Shown here one piece after another: positions 20,479 through 30,196 of a DNA stretch of 64,000 nt. This DNA comes from an uncultured Dehalococcoidia bacterium (GTDB taxonomy: Bacteria; Chloroflexota; Dehalococcoidia; DSTF01; JACRBR01). The position numbers were made by a program, and so were the translations under genes. The notes beneath the pieces were generated by a model, which had not been told where the DNA came from, did no database searches, and was given only the letters and a program-made list of their open reading frames with translations. Location: positions 2,427 through 66,426 of the forward strand of contig CAZAPT010000004.1 of NCBI GenBank assembly GCA_964487335.1, in the 5' to 3' direction. Numbering within the stretch: position 1 is the first letter of the stretch; the number at the start of each line of letters is the position of its first letter.

Positions 20479-21168
20479 TCAGACGGCGGCGGCCTGCTTG
20501 CCGGCAGTGAGCAGGAAGTCATCGGCGCCGCACTTCAGGAGGTCACTGATGTGCTCGACGACAATATCGGGCTGGTAGTCGACGGCGTGCTTGGGATCGA
20601 GGGCGTACTTGCCCTGCAGGACATGCACGGTGGTGAGGCGGTCGCCGAGAGCCGCCTTCGACCGCATCAGGATGCCGGGCTTGTCGTCGATCAGGACGTA
20701 GTGCTCGGCGCTGAAGTAGGCCTCGACAGCCGGCAGGCACTTCTCCTTGTGGACGAAGATGAGCACGTGCCCGTCTACAGCGTCGGTGACGCCGCACTGG
20801 TGGATCTTCGAAGGCTGGAACACGGGATCACCGTCGGAGACGATGATGGGCTGACCGAGCGACTTCAGGTGCAGGATGGTCTCGATGGCGCGCGGGTAGA
20901 GGCGGGGGCAGAAGTCCCAGTTGAAGAGCGCGTCGGAGGCGGCATCGATCGAGGTGGCATCAGCAGGGAATTCTTCACGCAGGCGGCGAAGTGTTTCGAC
21001 GAAATCGACGACGTCAGTCTCCTTGCGGACTACTTCGTACAGCTCCCAGAAGCGTGCGGCGAGCTTCGAGCCGAGGATGGCGAGCAGCCGCTGCTCCATG
21101 TCGGACTTCACGCCGTCGTTGTTGAGGATGGTGTTATCGACGTCGATGAGGAAGACCAGTTTCCGCAC
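20479..21168 (-). CDS. HAD-superfamily hydrolase
   Basis: HAD motif I DVDNT near the N-terminus; 229 aa. Confidence 0.75.
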   Translation of the reverse strand: MRKLVFLIDVDNTILNNDGVKSDMEQRLLAILGSKLAARFWELYEVVRKETDVVDFVETLRRLREEFPADATSIDAASDALFNWDFCPRLYPRAIETILHLKSLGQPIIVSDGDPVFQPSKIHQCGVTDAVDGHVLIFVHKEKCLPAVEAYFSAEHYVLIDDKPGILMRSKAALGDRLTTVHVLQGKYALDPKHAVDYQPDIVVEHISDLLKCGADDFLLTAGKQAAAV

Positions 21169-21324
21169 TTATTGCCCCTCGCATGGCTGAAATCGCACTC
21201 CGGCGGGCCTTATCGAGCGACTTTCCTATCACCAATATAAGCCCAATTCGGCCAGGGAGCATTACACGGGCGTCAACATCGATTGCGGGCGTGTGGCGCC
21301 GGTGAGCTTTGCGATGTGACGGGG

Positions 21325-22944
21325 TCAGGCGTCGCGAGTGCCTTCTCCAGCGAGGAGGGCGCCGAATCCGCCGCGCGCGAGGCCGAGAGCGAAACCAGAC
21401 CTGTGGCGAGCACCTTCGCGCACAGCGAGGATGGCACGGGGGAGCGCGTCGAGGAGGTCGCTGGCGAGCATGCCTCGATCGCCGAGATCTTCGGCCACAA
21501 GCTCAGCGGCGCTCCCGTGGAGGTAGACGCCAGCGCAGGCCGCTTCGAACGGATCCATGCCCTGGGCGATGAGGCCGGCGATCGCTCCAGCGAGGACATC
21601 GCCGGTGCCGGCTGTCGCGAGGATCGGGTTCGCGTGCGGGCTGATGCAGGCGCGGCCATCGGGGGCAGCGATGACGGTGTGGGCGCCCTTCAACACGACC
21701 ACGTGCTGCCAATCGGCGGCGGTCCGTGTTGCCGCAGCGACGCGGTCGCGCTGGATGTCCTGCACGGAGCACGAGAGCAGCCGGGCCATCTCACCGGGGT
21801 GCGGGGTGAGGACGGCTGGACGACGCACGGTCGCGCTCCAGTTATCGATGCGGGAGAGGACGTTGAGAGCATCGGCGTCGACGAGGATGGCACGTGTGGC
21901 GTCGGGTGCGTGGGCGAGCACTTCCGGGATAATGCGCGCGGTGCGCGGGTTGTTGCCCAGGCCGGGACCGATGAGCAGCGCATCGCACTGCGGCAGGACG
22001 TCCAAGATCTGATGTGCGGCGATGGCAGCATCGTCGTCGAGGATGAGATACGTCGCTTCGGCGAGGGCGGGGGCGATCATCTGCCGGAGGCGCGGCGTGC
22101 AGGCGAGTGTCGTGAGGCCGGCACCGATCCGATAGCAGGCGGTAGCGGCGAGGCGCGCCGCGCCGACGTAGTCGTCGGAGCCGGCGACGACGAGCACGCG
22201 ACCGAAGGTGCCCTTGTTGCCGGACTTCGAGCGCGCGGGGAGGCGATCGCGCACCCAGGGCGACGAGAGCAGCTCCGCGAGATCGGGCGCGTCTTGCGGC
22301 AGGCCGATGTCGACGACCTGGACGTTGCCTGCGTATCCGGCGCCTGGGAGCGTGTAAAGGCCGAGCTTCGCGAGGCCGAACGTGACGGTGATATCGGCGC
22401 GGACGGCGACAGGATCGGCGGCGCCAGTGTCGGCGTCTACGCCGGTGGGGAGATCGACGGCGACGACCTGCGGGTGACGCGGTGTCGCGCGCGCGCGTTC
22501 GAGGCGGCTAAGGACTTCGGCGAGCGGGCCTGCGATGGGACGGTGGCGGCCGATGCCGAGGATGGCGTCGATGACGAGATCGGCGGCGTAGAGCTCCGAC
22601 TCGAGCTGTGAGTACGACGCGTCGTCGGCGGCGGTCATGATGCGGACGCCGGTGTCGCGGGCGCGCGCGAGGTTGGTGTCGGTCTCAGGCCGCGATGCGA
22701 CGACGTACGCGGCGACGTCGGCTTCCCATTCGGCGAGGTAGCGCGCTGCGACAAGGCCGTCGCCGCCGTTGTTGCCGGGGCCCACGAGTACAAGAACGCG
22801 CCGGCCGGGCGTCAGGCCGAGTGCGAGCCATGCCTCCTGCGCGACGGCGAGGCCAGCGCGCTCCATCAATTCGTCGAGTGACGTACCCGCGTCGACGGCG
22901 CGTTGTTCGAGGGCGCGCATCTGATCGCCGGTGACGAGCTTCAC
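21325..22944 (-). CDS. nnr: Bifunctional NAD(P)H-hydrate repair enzyme Nnr (epimerase plus ADP-dependent dehydratase)
   Basis: 539 aa with YjeF-N and YjeF-C (carbohydrate-kinase-like) domains. Confidence 0.88.
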   Translation of the reverse strand: MKLVTGDQMRALEQRAVDAGTSLDELMERAGLAVAQEAWLALGLTPGRRVLVLVGPGNNGGDGLVAARYLAEWEADVAAYVVASRPETDTNLARARDTGVRIMTAADDASYSQLESELYAADLVIDAILGIGRHRPIAGPLAEVLSRLERARATPRHPQVVAVDLPTGVDADTGAADPVAVRADITVTFGLAKLGLYTLPGAGYAGNVQVVDIGLPQDAPDLAELLSSPWVRDRLPARSKSGNKGTFGRVLVVAGSDDYVGAARLAATACYRIGAGLTTLACTPRLRQMIAPALAEATYLILDDDAAIAAHQILDVLPQCDALLIGPGLGNNPRTARIIPEVLAHAPDATRAILVDADALNVLSRIDNWSATVRRPAVLTPHPGEMARLLSCSVQDIQRDRVAAATRTAADWQHVVVLKGAHTVIAAPDGRACISPHANPILATAGTGDVLAGAIAGLIAQGMDPFEAACAGVYLHGSAAELVAEDLGDRGMLASDLLDALPRAILAVREGARHRSGFALGLARGGFGALLAGEGTRDA

Positions 22945-23378
22945 AGGCGGCCTCGCTCGCGCAGCCAGTTCGTGATGCGTGTGCGGTTCGCTTCGCGGTC
23001 GAAGGCTTCGTGTTCCGCGGCGCCAACGACGGCGGCGATGGCGAGCTCGCGGGAATGAGTGAGGCTGACATCGACGCCCCGGAGACCGATCTTCTCGGCG
23101 CGCTTCGCGGCGAGGCCGTGCAGGTAGACGATGGGTTTGCCGCGACTGTTCGGGAGGATCTCGATCTCTCGCCAGGCGAGGCCGCGGGCGCCGGTGCCAA
23201 GCGCCTTCATCACGGCTTCCTTCGCGGCGAAGCGGGCGGCCAGTTCCGCGACGCGACCGCGGCAGAATCCCACCTCCTCCCGCGTGTAGATGCGGCGGAG
23301 GAAGCGCTCAGGGTGCCGCTGGAGCACGCGACGGACGCGCGCGATCTCGATGGCATCGATGCCGACGGCGTACTCCAT
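22941..23378 (-). CDS. acpS: Holo-[acyl-carrier-protein] synthase
   Basis: The 3' 438 nt of a long spurious ORF encodes MEYAVGIDAIEIARV..., an AcpS sequence. It overlaps the nnr stop by 4 nt. Confidence 0.85.
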   Translation of the reverse strand: MEYAVGIDAIEIARVRRVLQRHPERFLRRIYTREEVGFCRGRVAELAARFAAKEAVMKALGTGARGLAWREIEILPNSRGKPIVYLHGLAAKRAEKIGLRGVDVSLTHSRELAIAAVVGAAEHEAFDREANRTRITNWLRERGRL

Positions 23379-23477
23379 AGGCCGATTGTACGCACGGCGC
23401 GCGCGGTCGCGGTATCCGCGCTGGTCGAACAGCGTGCGGTAGACTTCGGGCGACCACCTTCGACTCTGGAGTTCGGC

Positions 23478-24365
23478 ATGAGCGCGACTATCATCGACGG
23501 AGCGGCGATCGCGCGCGACCTGCTCGACGAGCTGCGGCGCGAGATCGACGAGCTGAAGCGACACGATGTCCAACCGGGGTTGGCGTTCGTGCTGGTCGGC
23601 GAGAATCCTGCGTCGATCTCGTATGTACGCGGGAAGGCGAAGGACGCTGAGGCGACCGGCGTCCGGTCGGAGACGATACGCCTCGCGGAGGACATCTCGC
23701 AGGAGCAGTTGATTGGCGTTGTCGCTGAGCTGAACGCGGACCCGCGCTGGCACGGGATGCTGGTGCAGATGCCACTCCCACCGCAGCTCGACGAGTCGGC
23801 CGTTGCGGGGGCAGTGCTTCCCGAGAAGGATGTAGACGGACTGCACCCGGTGAACGTCGGGCGGTTGTTCCGTGGCGAGCCGGGGTTTCGACCGTGCACC
23901 CCGTACGGCGTCGTGCAGATGCTGATGCGCAGCGGCCACGATCCGGCAGGCCAGCACGTAGTCGTGTGCGGACGGTCGAACCTCGTAGGCAAGCCGGTGG
24001 CGGGCCTCCTGATGCAAAAGGCGCGCGGGGCCAACGCAACGGTGACGGTGTGTCACACCGGGACGCGGGACATCGGACGGTACACGCGCCGGGCAGACAT
24101 CATCGTGGCGGCGATGGGGCGGCCGAAGGCGATCACCGGAGAGATGGTGCGCGAGGGCGCGGTGGTGATCGACGTCGGGGTGAACCGCGTGGACGATGCG
24201 ACGAAGAAGGCAGGTTACCGGCTCGTCGGGGACGCGGACTTCGAGGCGGTGGCGGAGAAGGCGTCGGCGATCACGCCGGTGCCGGGCGGCGTCGGGCCGA
24301 TGACCCGTGCGATGCTGATGTACAACACCGTGCTCGCTGCGAAGGGCGGGCCGGGCGCCGAGTGA
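23478..24365 (+). CDS. folD: Bifunctional methylenetetrahydrofolate dehydrogenase/cyclohydrolase FolD
   Basis: ATG at 23478 inside a longer ORF; FolD-like MSATIIDGAAIA... with a C-terminal NAD(P)-binding region. Confidence 0.92.
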   Translation: MSATIIDGAAIARDLLDELRREIDELKRHDVQPGLAFVLVGENPASISYVRGKAKDAEATGVRSETIRLAEDISQEQLIGVVAELNADPRWHGMLVQMPLPPQLDESAVAGAVLPEKDVDGLHPVNVGRLFRGEPGFRPCTPYGVVQMLMRSGHDPAGQHVVVCGRSNLVGKPVAGLLMQKARGANATVTVCHTGTRDIGRYTRRADIIVAAMGRPKAITGEMVREGAVVIDVGVNRVDDATKKAGYRLVGDADFEAVAEKASAITPVPGGVGPMTRAMLMYNTVLAAKGGPGAE

Positions 24366-24367
24366 GC

Positions 24368-24396
24368 TTTGCCGACGTATGCCTGCCCACGTATAG
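24368..24396 (+). promoter_or_regulatory. Candidate sigma70-type promoter for the nuoE/F-like pair
   Basis: TTGCCG-N17-TATAGT, about 30 nt upstream of the GTG start. Confidence 0.4.
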
Positions 24397-24423
24397 TGAA
24401 ACGATGCACAAAGTGAGCAGATC

Positions 24424-24900
24424 GTGACGCTCGACAACGAGGCGACGCTCGAGATCCAGCACCTGATCCGCGAGTTCAGGCCTCAAGACGGCGACCTCCT
24501 CGGAGCGCTGCACGCGGTGCAGCATCGGTACGGCTACATCCCGCGGATCGCGATGCGTGTCGTGGCACGACAGCTGCGACTGAGCGAGGCGAGGGTATTC
24601 GGAGCGGCTTCGTTCTACAGCGAGTTTCGGCTGACGCCGCCGCCACGGACAGCAGTGGCGTGGTGCAGCGGCCCGGCATGCAGGCTCAAGGGCGGCGAGC
24701 GTGTTCGGGACATCCTGCAAGCCGAGCTGGGCGTCGAGATGGGCGAGAACACGGAAGACAACAAGCTCGGACTGCATCTCGGGCAGTGCAACGGAACGTG
24801 CGAGCACGCGCCGCAGGTTTGGGTGGACGGCATGGTTGTCGGACCGCTGACTTCGGCGTCCACGGTGCGACTCGTTCGTGATCTGAAGGAGCGCGCATAG
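24424..24900 (+). CDS. NuoE-like (24 kDa, HoxE-like) [2Fe-2S] flavoprotein subunit
   Basis: GTG start; thioredoxin-like [2Fe-2S] motif C..C...C...C (CSGPACRLKG...GQCNGTCEHAP). Confidence 0.82.
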   Translation: MTLDNEATLEIQHLIREFRPQDGDLLGALHAVQHRYGYIPRIAMRVVARQLRLSEARVFGAASFYSEFRLTPPPRTAVAWCSGPACRLKGGERVRDILQAELGVEMGENTEDNKLGLHLGQCNGTCEHAPQVWVDGMVVGPLTSASTVRLVRDLKERA

Positions 24901-26792
24901 TGTCGCGGTACGAGGAGCTGCGGACAGCGGCGAACGCCAACGCTCGGGCGCTGGAGCAACCGTCGCGTCCGCTGTTCATCGTGTCGTTGAACACGTCATC
25001 GATCGCGAGCGGCGCTATCGGGACGTTCGACGCGTTGCGCCGGCTGTCGGAGAGCGCGGGCTTCGACGCGATGCAGACGGGTGATACGGGTCTCGCCTGG
25101 GCCGAGCCGGTCGTGCAGGTGTGGAAGCCGACCGGTGAGATCGTGCTATACGGCCGGGTGACGGCGGACGTAGCTCAAGCGTTCGCGTTGGCGGCGGTCG
25201 GTGGCATCGCGCGTGACCACGTTGTCGGCGTCGCGTCCGGCAAGGTGGATGGCCTGCCGGCGCTGAGCGATCTTCCGTGGATGAAGATCCAAACGCGCTG
25301 GATGATGGACAACTGCGGCGTCATCGATCCGGAGAACATCGAACACTACATCGCGCGCGGCGGATACAAGCAGTTCGACGCGGCTTGCCAGATGTCGCAG
25401 GACGAACTGATCGAGGTGGTGAAGGGCTCGACGCTGCGGGGACGGTCGGGGTCCTTCTTCTCGACGGGCACGAAGTGGAGCTTCCTGCAGACAGCGACGC
25501 GCGAGCCGAAGTACCTAGTGTGCAACGCGGACGAGGGCGACCCGGGCGCGTGGGTGAACCGCGTGATCCTAGAGAGCGATCCGCATCTGTTGCTGGAGGG
25601 CCTGCTCATCGGCGCGTACGCGACGGGCGCGACGTACGGCTGGATCTACATCCGGGACGAGTATCCGCTGGCGATCGAGCGCGTGCGGAAGGCGATCGAG
25701 CAGTGCCGAGAGCGCGGAATCTTCGGCGACGATGCGATGGGCACCGGCGTAAAGTTCGATGCGGAGGTGGTGCGCGGCGCAGGGTCGTACGTATGTGGCG
25801 ACGAGACGGGGCTAATCGCGTCGGTAGACGACGGCCGTGGGATGCCCAAGATCAAGCCGCCGTTTCCGGCGCAGAGCGGCGTGCTGGGGCAGCCGACTAA
25901 CGTGAACAACGTCGAGACGTATTCGGCCGTGACGACGCTGCTGCGGGTGTCGCCCGAGACGTACAGCACGGTCGGCACGGAGGCGAACCGCGGGACGAAG
26001 ATGTTTACGGTGTCGGGCGCGGTCGGGAAGACAGGCTGCCTGGAAGTGCCGTTCGGCACGAAGGTGAAGGACCTGTTGGTGGCCGTGGGCGGCATCGAGG
26101 GTAGTCATCAGTTCAAGGCGCTGCAGCAGGGCGGGCCGCTGTCCGGGCTCCTGCCGGCGCACATCGCCAGCGAGTTGCCGCTCGAACCGGAGCCGTTTCG
26201 CCCGCTCGGCGCCGGCATGGGCGGCGGCGGGCTGGTATTCGTCGACGAGACGGCATGCGTGGTCGATCTCAACGTGATGACGTCAACGTTCCTCGAGGAC
26301 GAGTCATGCGGGAGGTGCACGACGTGCCGCGGCGGGAACCAGCGCATGGTGGAGCTCTGGCGACGGGCTTCGCGCGGCGAGGCCGAGGCGAACGACGTCG
26401 ACCGGATGAAGTCGCTTGCGGCTTCGATGCAGTACTCGAACTGCTTCCACGGGTCGCTGTCGCCGGTGATCACGAACAACTCAATCGGGCACTTCCGCGA
26501 CGAGTACGACGTGCACGCCCGCGAGCATCGGTGTCCTGCCAAAGTTTGTCCAGGGCTGATCCGGTACGAAGTGGCGCGCCAGAGCGGCGCCGTTGCTGAA
26601 GCCGCGGAAATCTGTCCGACCGATGCGATCGAGCAAGCGGGCGGAGCGTGGCGGATCGACGACGCGAAGTGCATTCGCTGCCACGCGTGCAAAGAAGTGG
26701 CTCCGGACGACATCGTGATCGAGGACCGGTATCGCGACGCGATCCCGCTTCGGGCGATCGCCGTCGCCAACGTCGCGCGAGCGGGCGGCTAA
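24900..26792 (+). CDS. NuoF-like (51 kDa, HoxF/HndC-like) NAD(P)H-binding flavoprotein with a C-terminal 2x[4Fe-4S] ferredoxin domain
   Basis: GTG start overlaps the upstream stop. 630 aa, with a NuoF FMN/NADH-binding core and C-terminal Cys clusters (CIRCHAC...). Confidence 0.82.
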   Translation: MSRYEELRTAANANARALEQPSRPLFIVSLNTSSIASGAIGTFDALRRLSESAGFDAMQTGDTGLAWAEPVVQVWKPTGEIVLYGRVTADVAQAFALAAVGGIARDHVVGVASGKVDGLPALSDLPWMKIQTRWMMDNCGVIDPENIEHYIARGGYKQFDAACQMSQDELIEVVKGSTLRGRSGSFFSTGTKWSFLQTATREPKYLVCNADEGDPGAWVNRVILESDPHLLLEGLLIGAYATGATYGWIYIRDEYPLAIERVRKAIEQCRERGIFGDDAMGTGVKFDAEVVRGAGSYVCGDETGLIASVDDGRGMPKIKPPFPAQSGVLGQPTNVNNVETYSAVTTLLRVSPETYSTVGTEANRGTKMFTVSGAVGKTGCLEVPFGTKVKDLLVAVGGIEGSHQFKALQQGGPLSGLLPAHIASELPLEPEPFRPLGAGMGGGGLVFVDETACVVDLNVMTSTFLEDESCGRCTTCRGGNQRMVELWRRASRGEAEANDVDRMKSLAASMQYSNCFHGSLSPVITNNSIGHFRDEYDVHAREHRCPAKVCPGLIRYEVARQSGAVAEAAEICPTDAIEQAGGAWRIDDAKCIRCHACKEVAPDDIVIEDRYRDAIPLRAIAVANVARAGG

Positions 26793-26796
26793 CGTA

Positions 26797-27771
26797 TCAA
26801 CGAGCAGCGGGATTGCTGCTCAGCCGCTTGCCGATGACCTCCTTGTGGCCTCGAATATAGTCAGCGGCTGACATGACGCGTCCGCCGGGCGGCTGCACCG
26901 ACAGCACGCCCACCTCGCCCTGCGCTGCTACGACGCCGAATCCGGCGCCGAAGAGTTGGGGTTCGGCGACGCCACTCAGGGCGAATACCGTGCCGGGTTC
27001 GTCTTCGAAACGATGCTGGAGCGCGACGCATTCGAGGATGCGCAGCGGCTCGCCATCGAGGTAGCTGTAAGCGACCGGCCACGGGTTATAGGCGCGGACC
27101 TTTCGCGTCACAACGTCTGCTGAATCTCGTGTCCAGTCGATCATGGCGTCGGTCTTCTTGATGGACGGCGCGTAGGTAGCCGCCGATTCGTCCTGATCCT
27201 GTGGCCTGAGCTCGCCGGCGGCGTATTTGGCCAGCGTAGGCAGGAGTAAGTCTGCGCCGACTTCGGCGATCTTCGTCGTCAGGGTGGCGGCTGTGTCGTC
27301 GGGGCGAATCTCGATGCGCTTGGAAGTGAGCATGGGGCCGGAGTCGAGCTTCAGACGGACGAGCATGATTGTCGCGCCTGTCTCTCGATCGCCGGCGAGG
27401 ATGGCGGCGGGGATCGGCGCTGCGCCGCGCCAACGCGGGAGCAGTGACGCGTGGACGTTGAGGATGCCGAGGCGCGGGACATCGAGCACTGGCTGTCTCA
27501 GCAGCTGGCCGTAGGCGGCGATCACGGCGACGTCGGGCGCGAACGCACGGAGCTCGTCGACGACGTCGGCAGCACTGATCGATGCCGGCTGCCGCACGGC
27601 GAGGCGGTGCTCGAGCGCGAGTCGCTTCACGGGCGGCGGCCCAAGCTTCTGGCCGCGGCCGACGCGTCGATCCGGTTGCGTGTAGACGGCGACAACTTCG
27701 TGTTCGCTATCGATCAGGCGCCGCAGCGACGGGAGTGCGAAGTCCGGCGAACCCATGAAGACGATGCGCAT
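26797..27771 (-). CDS. fmt: Methionyl-tRNA formyltransferase
   Basis: MRIVFMGSPDFA... with the HASLLPRWRGAAPI SLLP motif. Confidence 0.93.
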   Translation of the reverse strand: MRIVFMGSPDFALPSLRRLIDSEHEVVAVYTQPDRRVGRGQKLGPPPVKRLALEHRLAVRQPASISAADVVDELRAFAPDVAVIAAYGQLLRQPVLDVPRLGILNVHASLLPRWRGAAPIPAAILAGDRETGATIMLVRLKLDSGPMLTSKRIEIRPDDTAATLTTKIAEVGADLLLPTLAKYAAGELRPQDQDESAATYAPSIKKTDAMIDWTRDSADVVTRKVRAYNPWPVAYSYLDGEPLRILECVALQHRFEDEPGTVFALSGVAEPQLFGAGFGVVAAQGEVGVLSVQPPGGRVMSAADYIRGHKEVIGKRLSSNPAAR

Positions 27772-27839
27772 TGCAGCGAGAATAACACGGGTGGTTTCGG
27801 CGCTCGTATACTTCCGGCGACGTGTGAAGCAGGGGAGGA

Positions 27840-28643
27840 GTGATCACTGTGCGACATGGGATCGTTGCATCGACTGTCGTCGCGGCGCTGGCGTTTTGCG
27901 CGTGCGGCGGAAACGGTGATGCGGACAAGACAAAGACGGCGGGAGCGGGCGGCACTACCGCGGTAGCGTCGCCTTCGAGAGCCGCGGGCCAGACGCCTAC
28001 GGCGGGCGCGTCCACGACGACGCCCGCGGCGATCAGCATCGATGCGCCGGCGCCGGGCTCGACGGTGAAGGTGCCGATTTCCGTGAGCGGCCAGGCGGAC
28101 GTGTTCGAAGGCGTGCTGCAGGTCCAGTTGCTGGCGACGGACGGGACGGTGCTGTGCGAACGGAAGGTTCAGGCGACGTCCGGCACCGGGACGCCGGGGA
28201 CGTGGGAGACGACGATGGCGGTGCCGCCACCGAACGCGCCGGAAGACGCTGTCATCCGCGCGTTCTCGCGAAGCGCGCGTGACGGCAGTGACGAGAACGT
28301 CGTGACCGAGCCGGTGCACGCAACGACGGATGTGCCGGCGGTCGTCATCCTGACGCCCACCTGCAACGCCGACGTTGCGGTCGGAGTGCCGCTGAAGGTT
28401 ACGGGCACGGCGAGTGTATTCGAGGCGGCATTGAGTCTGGAGCTGCGCGACCCGGACGGGCGCGTCGTGTCGACGCAATCGGTCACAGCGGACGCGGCCG
28501 GGCCGGCGCGGGGGAACTGGAGCGCCACGATCGACATCTCGGCGCTGGCAGCCGGCAACTATGAGCTGACGGCGTTCGACCTGAGCGCTCGAGATGGGTC
28601 GCGCGAGAACGAGTTCACGATCCAGCTTCGCCTTACGGTGTGA
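27840..28643 (+). CDS. Secreted (lipo)protein with two Gmad2 immunoglobulin-like domains
   Basis: Signal peptide followed by a Cys. Contains a duplicated VFE(G/A)xLxxxL...G Gmad2-like module. Confidence 0.7.
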   Translation: MITVRHGIVASTVVAALAFCACGGNGDADKTKTAGAGGTTAVASPSRAAGQTPTAGASTTTPAAISIDAPAPGSTVKVPISVSGQADVFEGVLQVQLLATDGTVLCERKVQATSGTGTPGTWETTMAVPPPNAPEDAVIRAFSRSARDGSDENVVTEPVHATTDVPAVVILTPTCNADVAVGVPLKVTGTASVFEAALSLELRDPDGRVVSTQSVTADAAGPARGNWSATIDISALAAGNYELTAFDLSARDGSRENEFTIQLRLTV

Positions 28644-28936
28644 TGTCGGACGGCGAGAAGGCGGTCCGGGTCACGGCGAGGGTGACGGGGCGTGTGCAGG
28701 CGGTGGGGTTTAGGGATTTCGTGCGGCGGGAAGCGGACCGGCGAGGGCTGAGCGGACTCGTGCGGAACGGCGATGACGGGCGGTCGGTCGAGGTCGTTGC
28801 GGAGGGGGCGGAGGACGCAATCGGCGAGTTTGTCGCTGCGCTGCGACGAGGACCGACGCTGGCGCGCGTGGTTGGCGTGAACGTCGAGCGGGCGGAGGCG
28901 ACGGGCGAGTTCGCCGGGTTTCGGGTGGTGTTCTAG
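28640..28936 (+). CDS. acyP: Acylphosphatase
   Basis: 98 aa; acylphosphatase signature VxGxVQGVxFR (VTGRVQAVGFR). Confidence 0.88.
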   Translation: MMSDGEKAVRVTARVTGRVQAVGFRDFVRREADRRGLSGLVRNGDDGRSVEVVAEGAEDAIGEFVAALRRGPTLARVVGVNVERAEATGEFAGFRVVF

Positions 28937-28939
28937 CGG

Positions 28940-30187
28940 TCAGTCGAGCAGGATGGCGTCGACTTCTTCGCCGGGGTTGATGCCAGGCACGTCTTCGGGG
29001 ACTACCGCGAAGGCGTTGGCTTCGGCCATGGACGTGAGGATACCGGAGCCCTGGGGGCCGGTTAGGGCGGCGTAGTATCGGCCATTGCGGCGCGTGACGA
29101 TGGCACGGGCGAAGACGCGGCGGGCATCGGCGTTGTCGATGCGCTCCTCGGCGATGGCGCGGACGACGCGGCGCTGCCAGTCGATCCGGCCGAGCATCTT
29201 GAAGATGGCGGGCCGCCCGAACAGCTCAAAAGAAACCATCGAGCTGACGGGGTTGCCGGGGAGGCCGATGTGCGGGACACGTCGGCCGCCTGAGGTGAAC
29301 GCGCCGAACGCGAGCGGTTTGCCGGGGCGCATGCGGACGGTCCAGAAGTCGACCTCGCCTTCCTTCGCGAGGACGTCCTTGACGACGTCGTAGTCGCCGC
29401 GCGAGACGCCCGCGGACGTGACGAGCATGTCGGCATCGAGGCCTTCGCGGAGCTTCGCGGTCAGCGCTTCGACCGTGTCCTGCGCGATGCCCAGCCGCTT
29501 CGGGATGCCGCCATTCTCGAGCACCATGGCGGAGAGGCTGTATGCGTTGCTGTCGTAGATCTGGCCCGGCTTCAGCGGCTTGCCGGGCTCCTGGACTTCG
29601 TCGCCAGTGGACAGGATGGCGACGACAGGGCGACGGTGGACGCGGACGGTCGCTCGGCCGAGCGACGCGAGCACGCCGATCTGCGCGGGGTGGAGGACGG
29701 CGCCCTTTCGGATGATGGCCTGGCCGCGGTGGACGTCCTCGGCGGCGAGGCGGATGTTCGCGCCGGGTTCGGCTGGCTTCATGATGCCGACGACGTCGCG
29801 GGACTTCGCGAACGAGCCGAAGCTGCGGCCGGACGGCTCGTCGGTCTCTTCGAAGGGTACGACGGCGTCGGCGCCCGCGGGCATAGGAGCGCCGGTCATG
29901 ATCCGGACGGCGGTGGCGGGCTCTACGCTGCGCTCGAAGACGTAGCCGGCGGCGAGCTCGCCGATCACGCGGAGTTGTTTCGGGGCGGCTTCGGAAGCGC
30001 CGGCGGTGTCGGCGGCGCGGACGGCGTAGCCGTCCATCGCGGTGTTGTCGAGGGGCGGGATGTCGATGTCAGAGACGACGTCTTCGGCGACGACCTGGCC
30101 GAGCGCATCGAGGATGGGTCGCTCTTCGGGTTCGAGGAGGGAGACGTACGAGAGGATGCGTTGGAGCGCTTCTTCGACGGAGATCAC
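28940..30187 (-). CDS. moeA: Molybdopterin molybdenumtransferase MoeA
   Basis: 415 aa, MoeA N-terminal, MoCF-biosynthesis and C-terminal domains. Confidence 0.9.
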   Translation of the reverse strand: MISVEEALQRILSYVSLLEPEERPILDALGQVVAEDVVSDIDIPPLDNTAMDGYAVRAADTAGASEAAPKQLRVIGELAAGYVFERSVEPATAVRIMTGAPMPAGADAVVPFEETDEPSGRSFGSFAKSRDVVGIMKPAEPGANIRLAAEDVHRGQAIIRKGAVLHPAQIGVLASLGRATVRVHRRPVVAILSTGDEVQEPGKPLKPGQIYDSNAYSLSAMVLENGGIPKRLGIAQDTVEALTAKLREGLDADMLVTSAGVSRGDYDVVKDVLAKEGEVDFWTVRMRPGKPLAFGAFTSGGRRVPHIGLPGNPVSSMVSFELFGRPAIFKMLGRIDWQRRVVRAIAEERIDNADARRVFARAIVTRRNGRYYAALTGPQGSGILTSMAEANAFAVVPEDVPGINPGEEVDAILLD

Positions 30188-30196
30188 GCTTCGAGC

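Noticed and set aside
22941-24437. 498-aa minus-strand ORF spanning acpS and the antisense of folD
   Set aside because: Only the 3' 438 nt (MEYAVGIDAIEIAR...) encodes AcpS. The remainder is an open antisense frame across folD.
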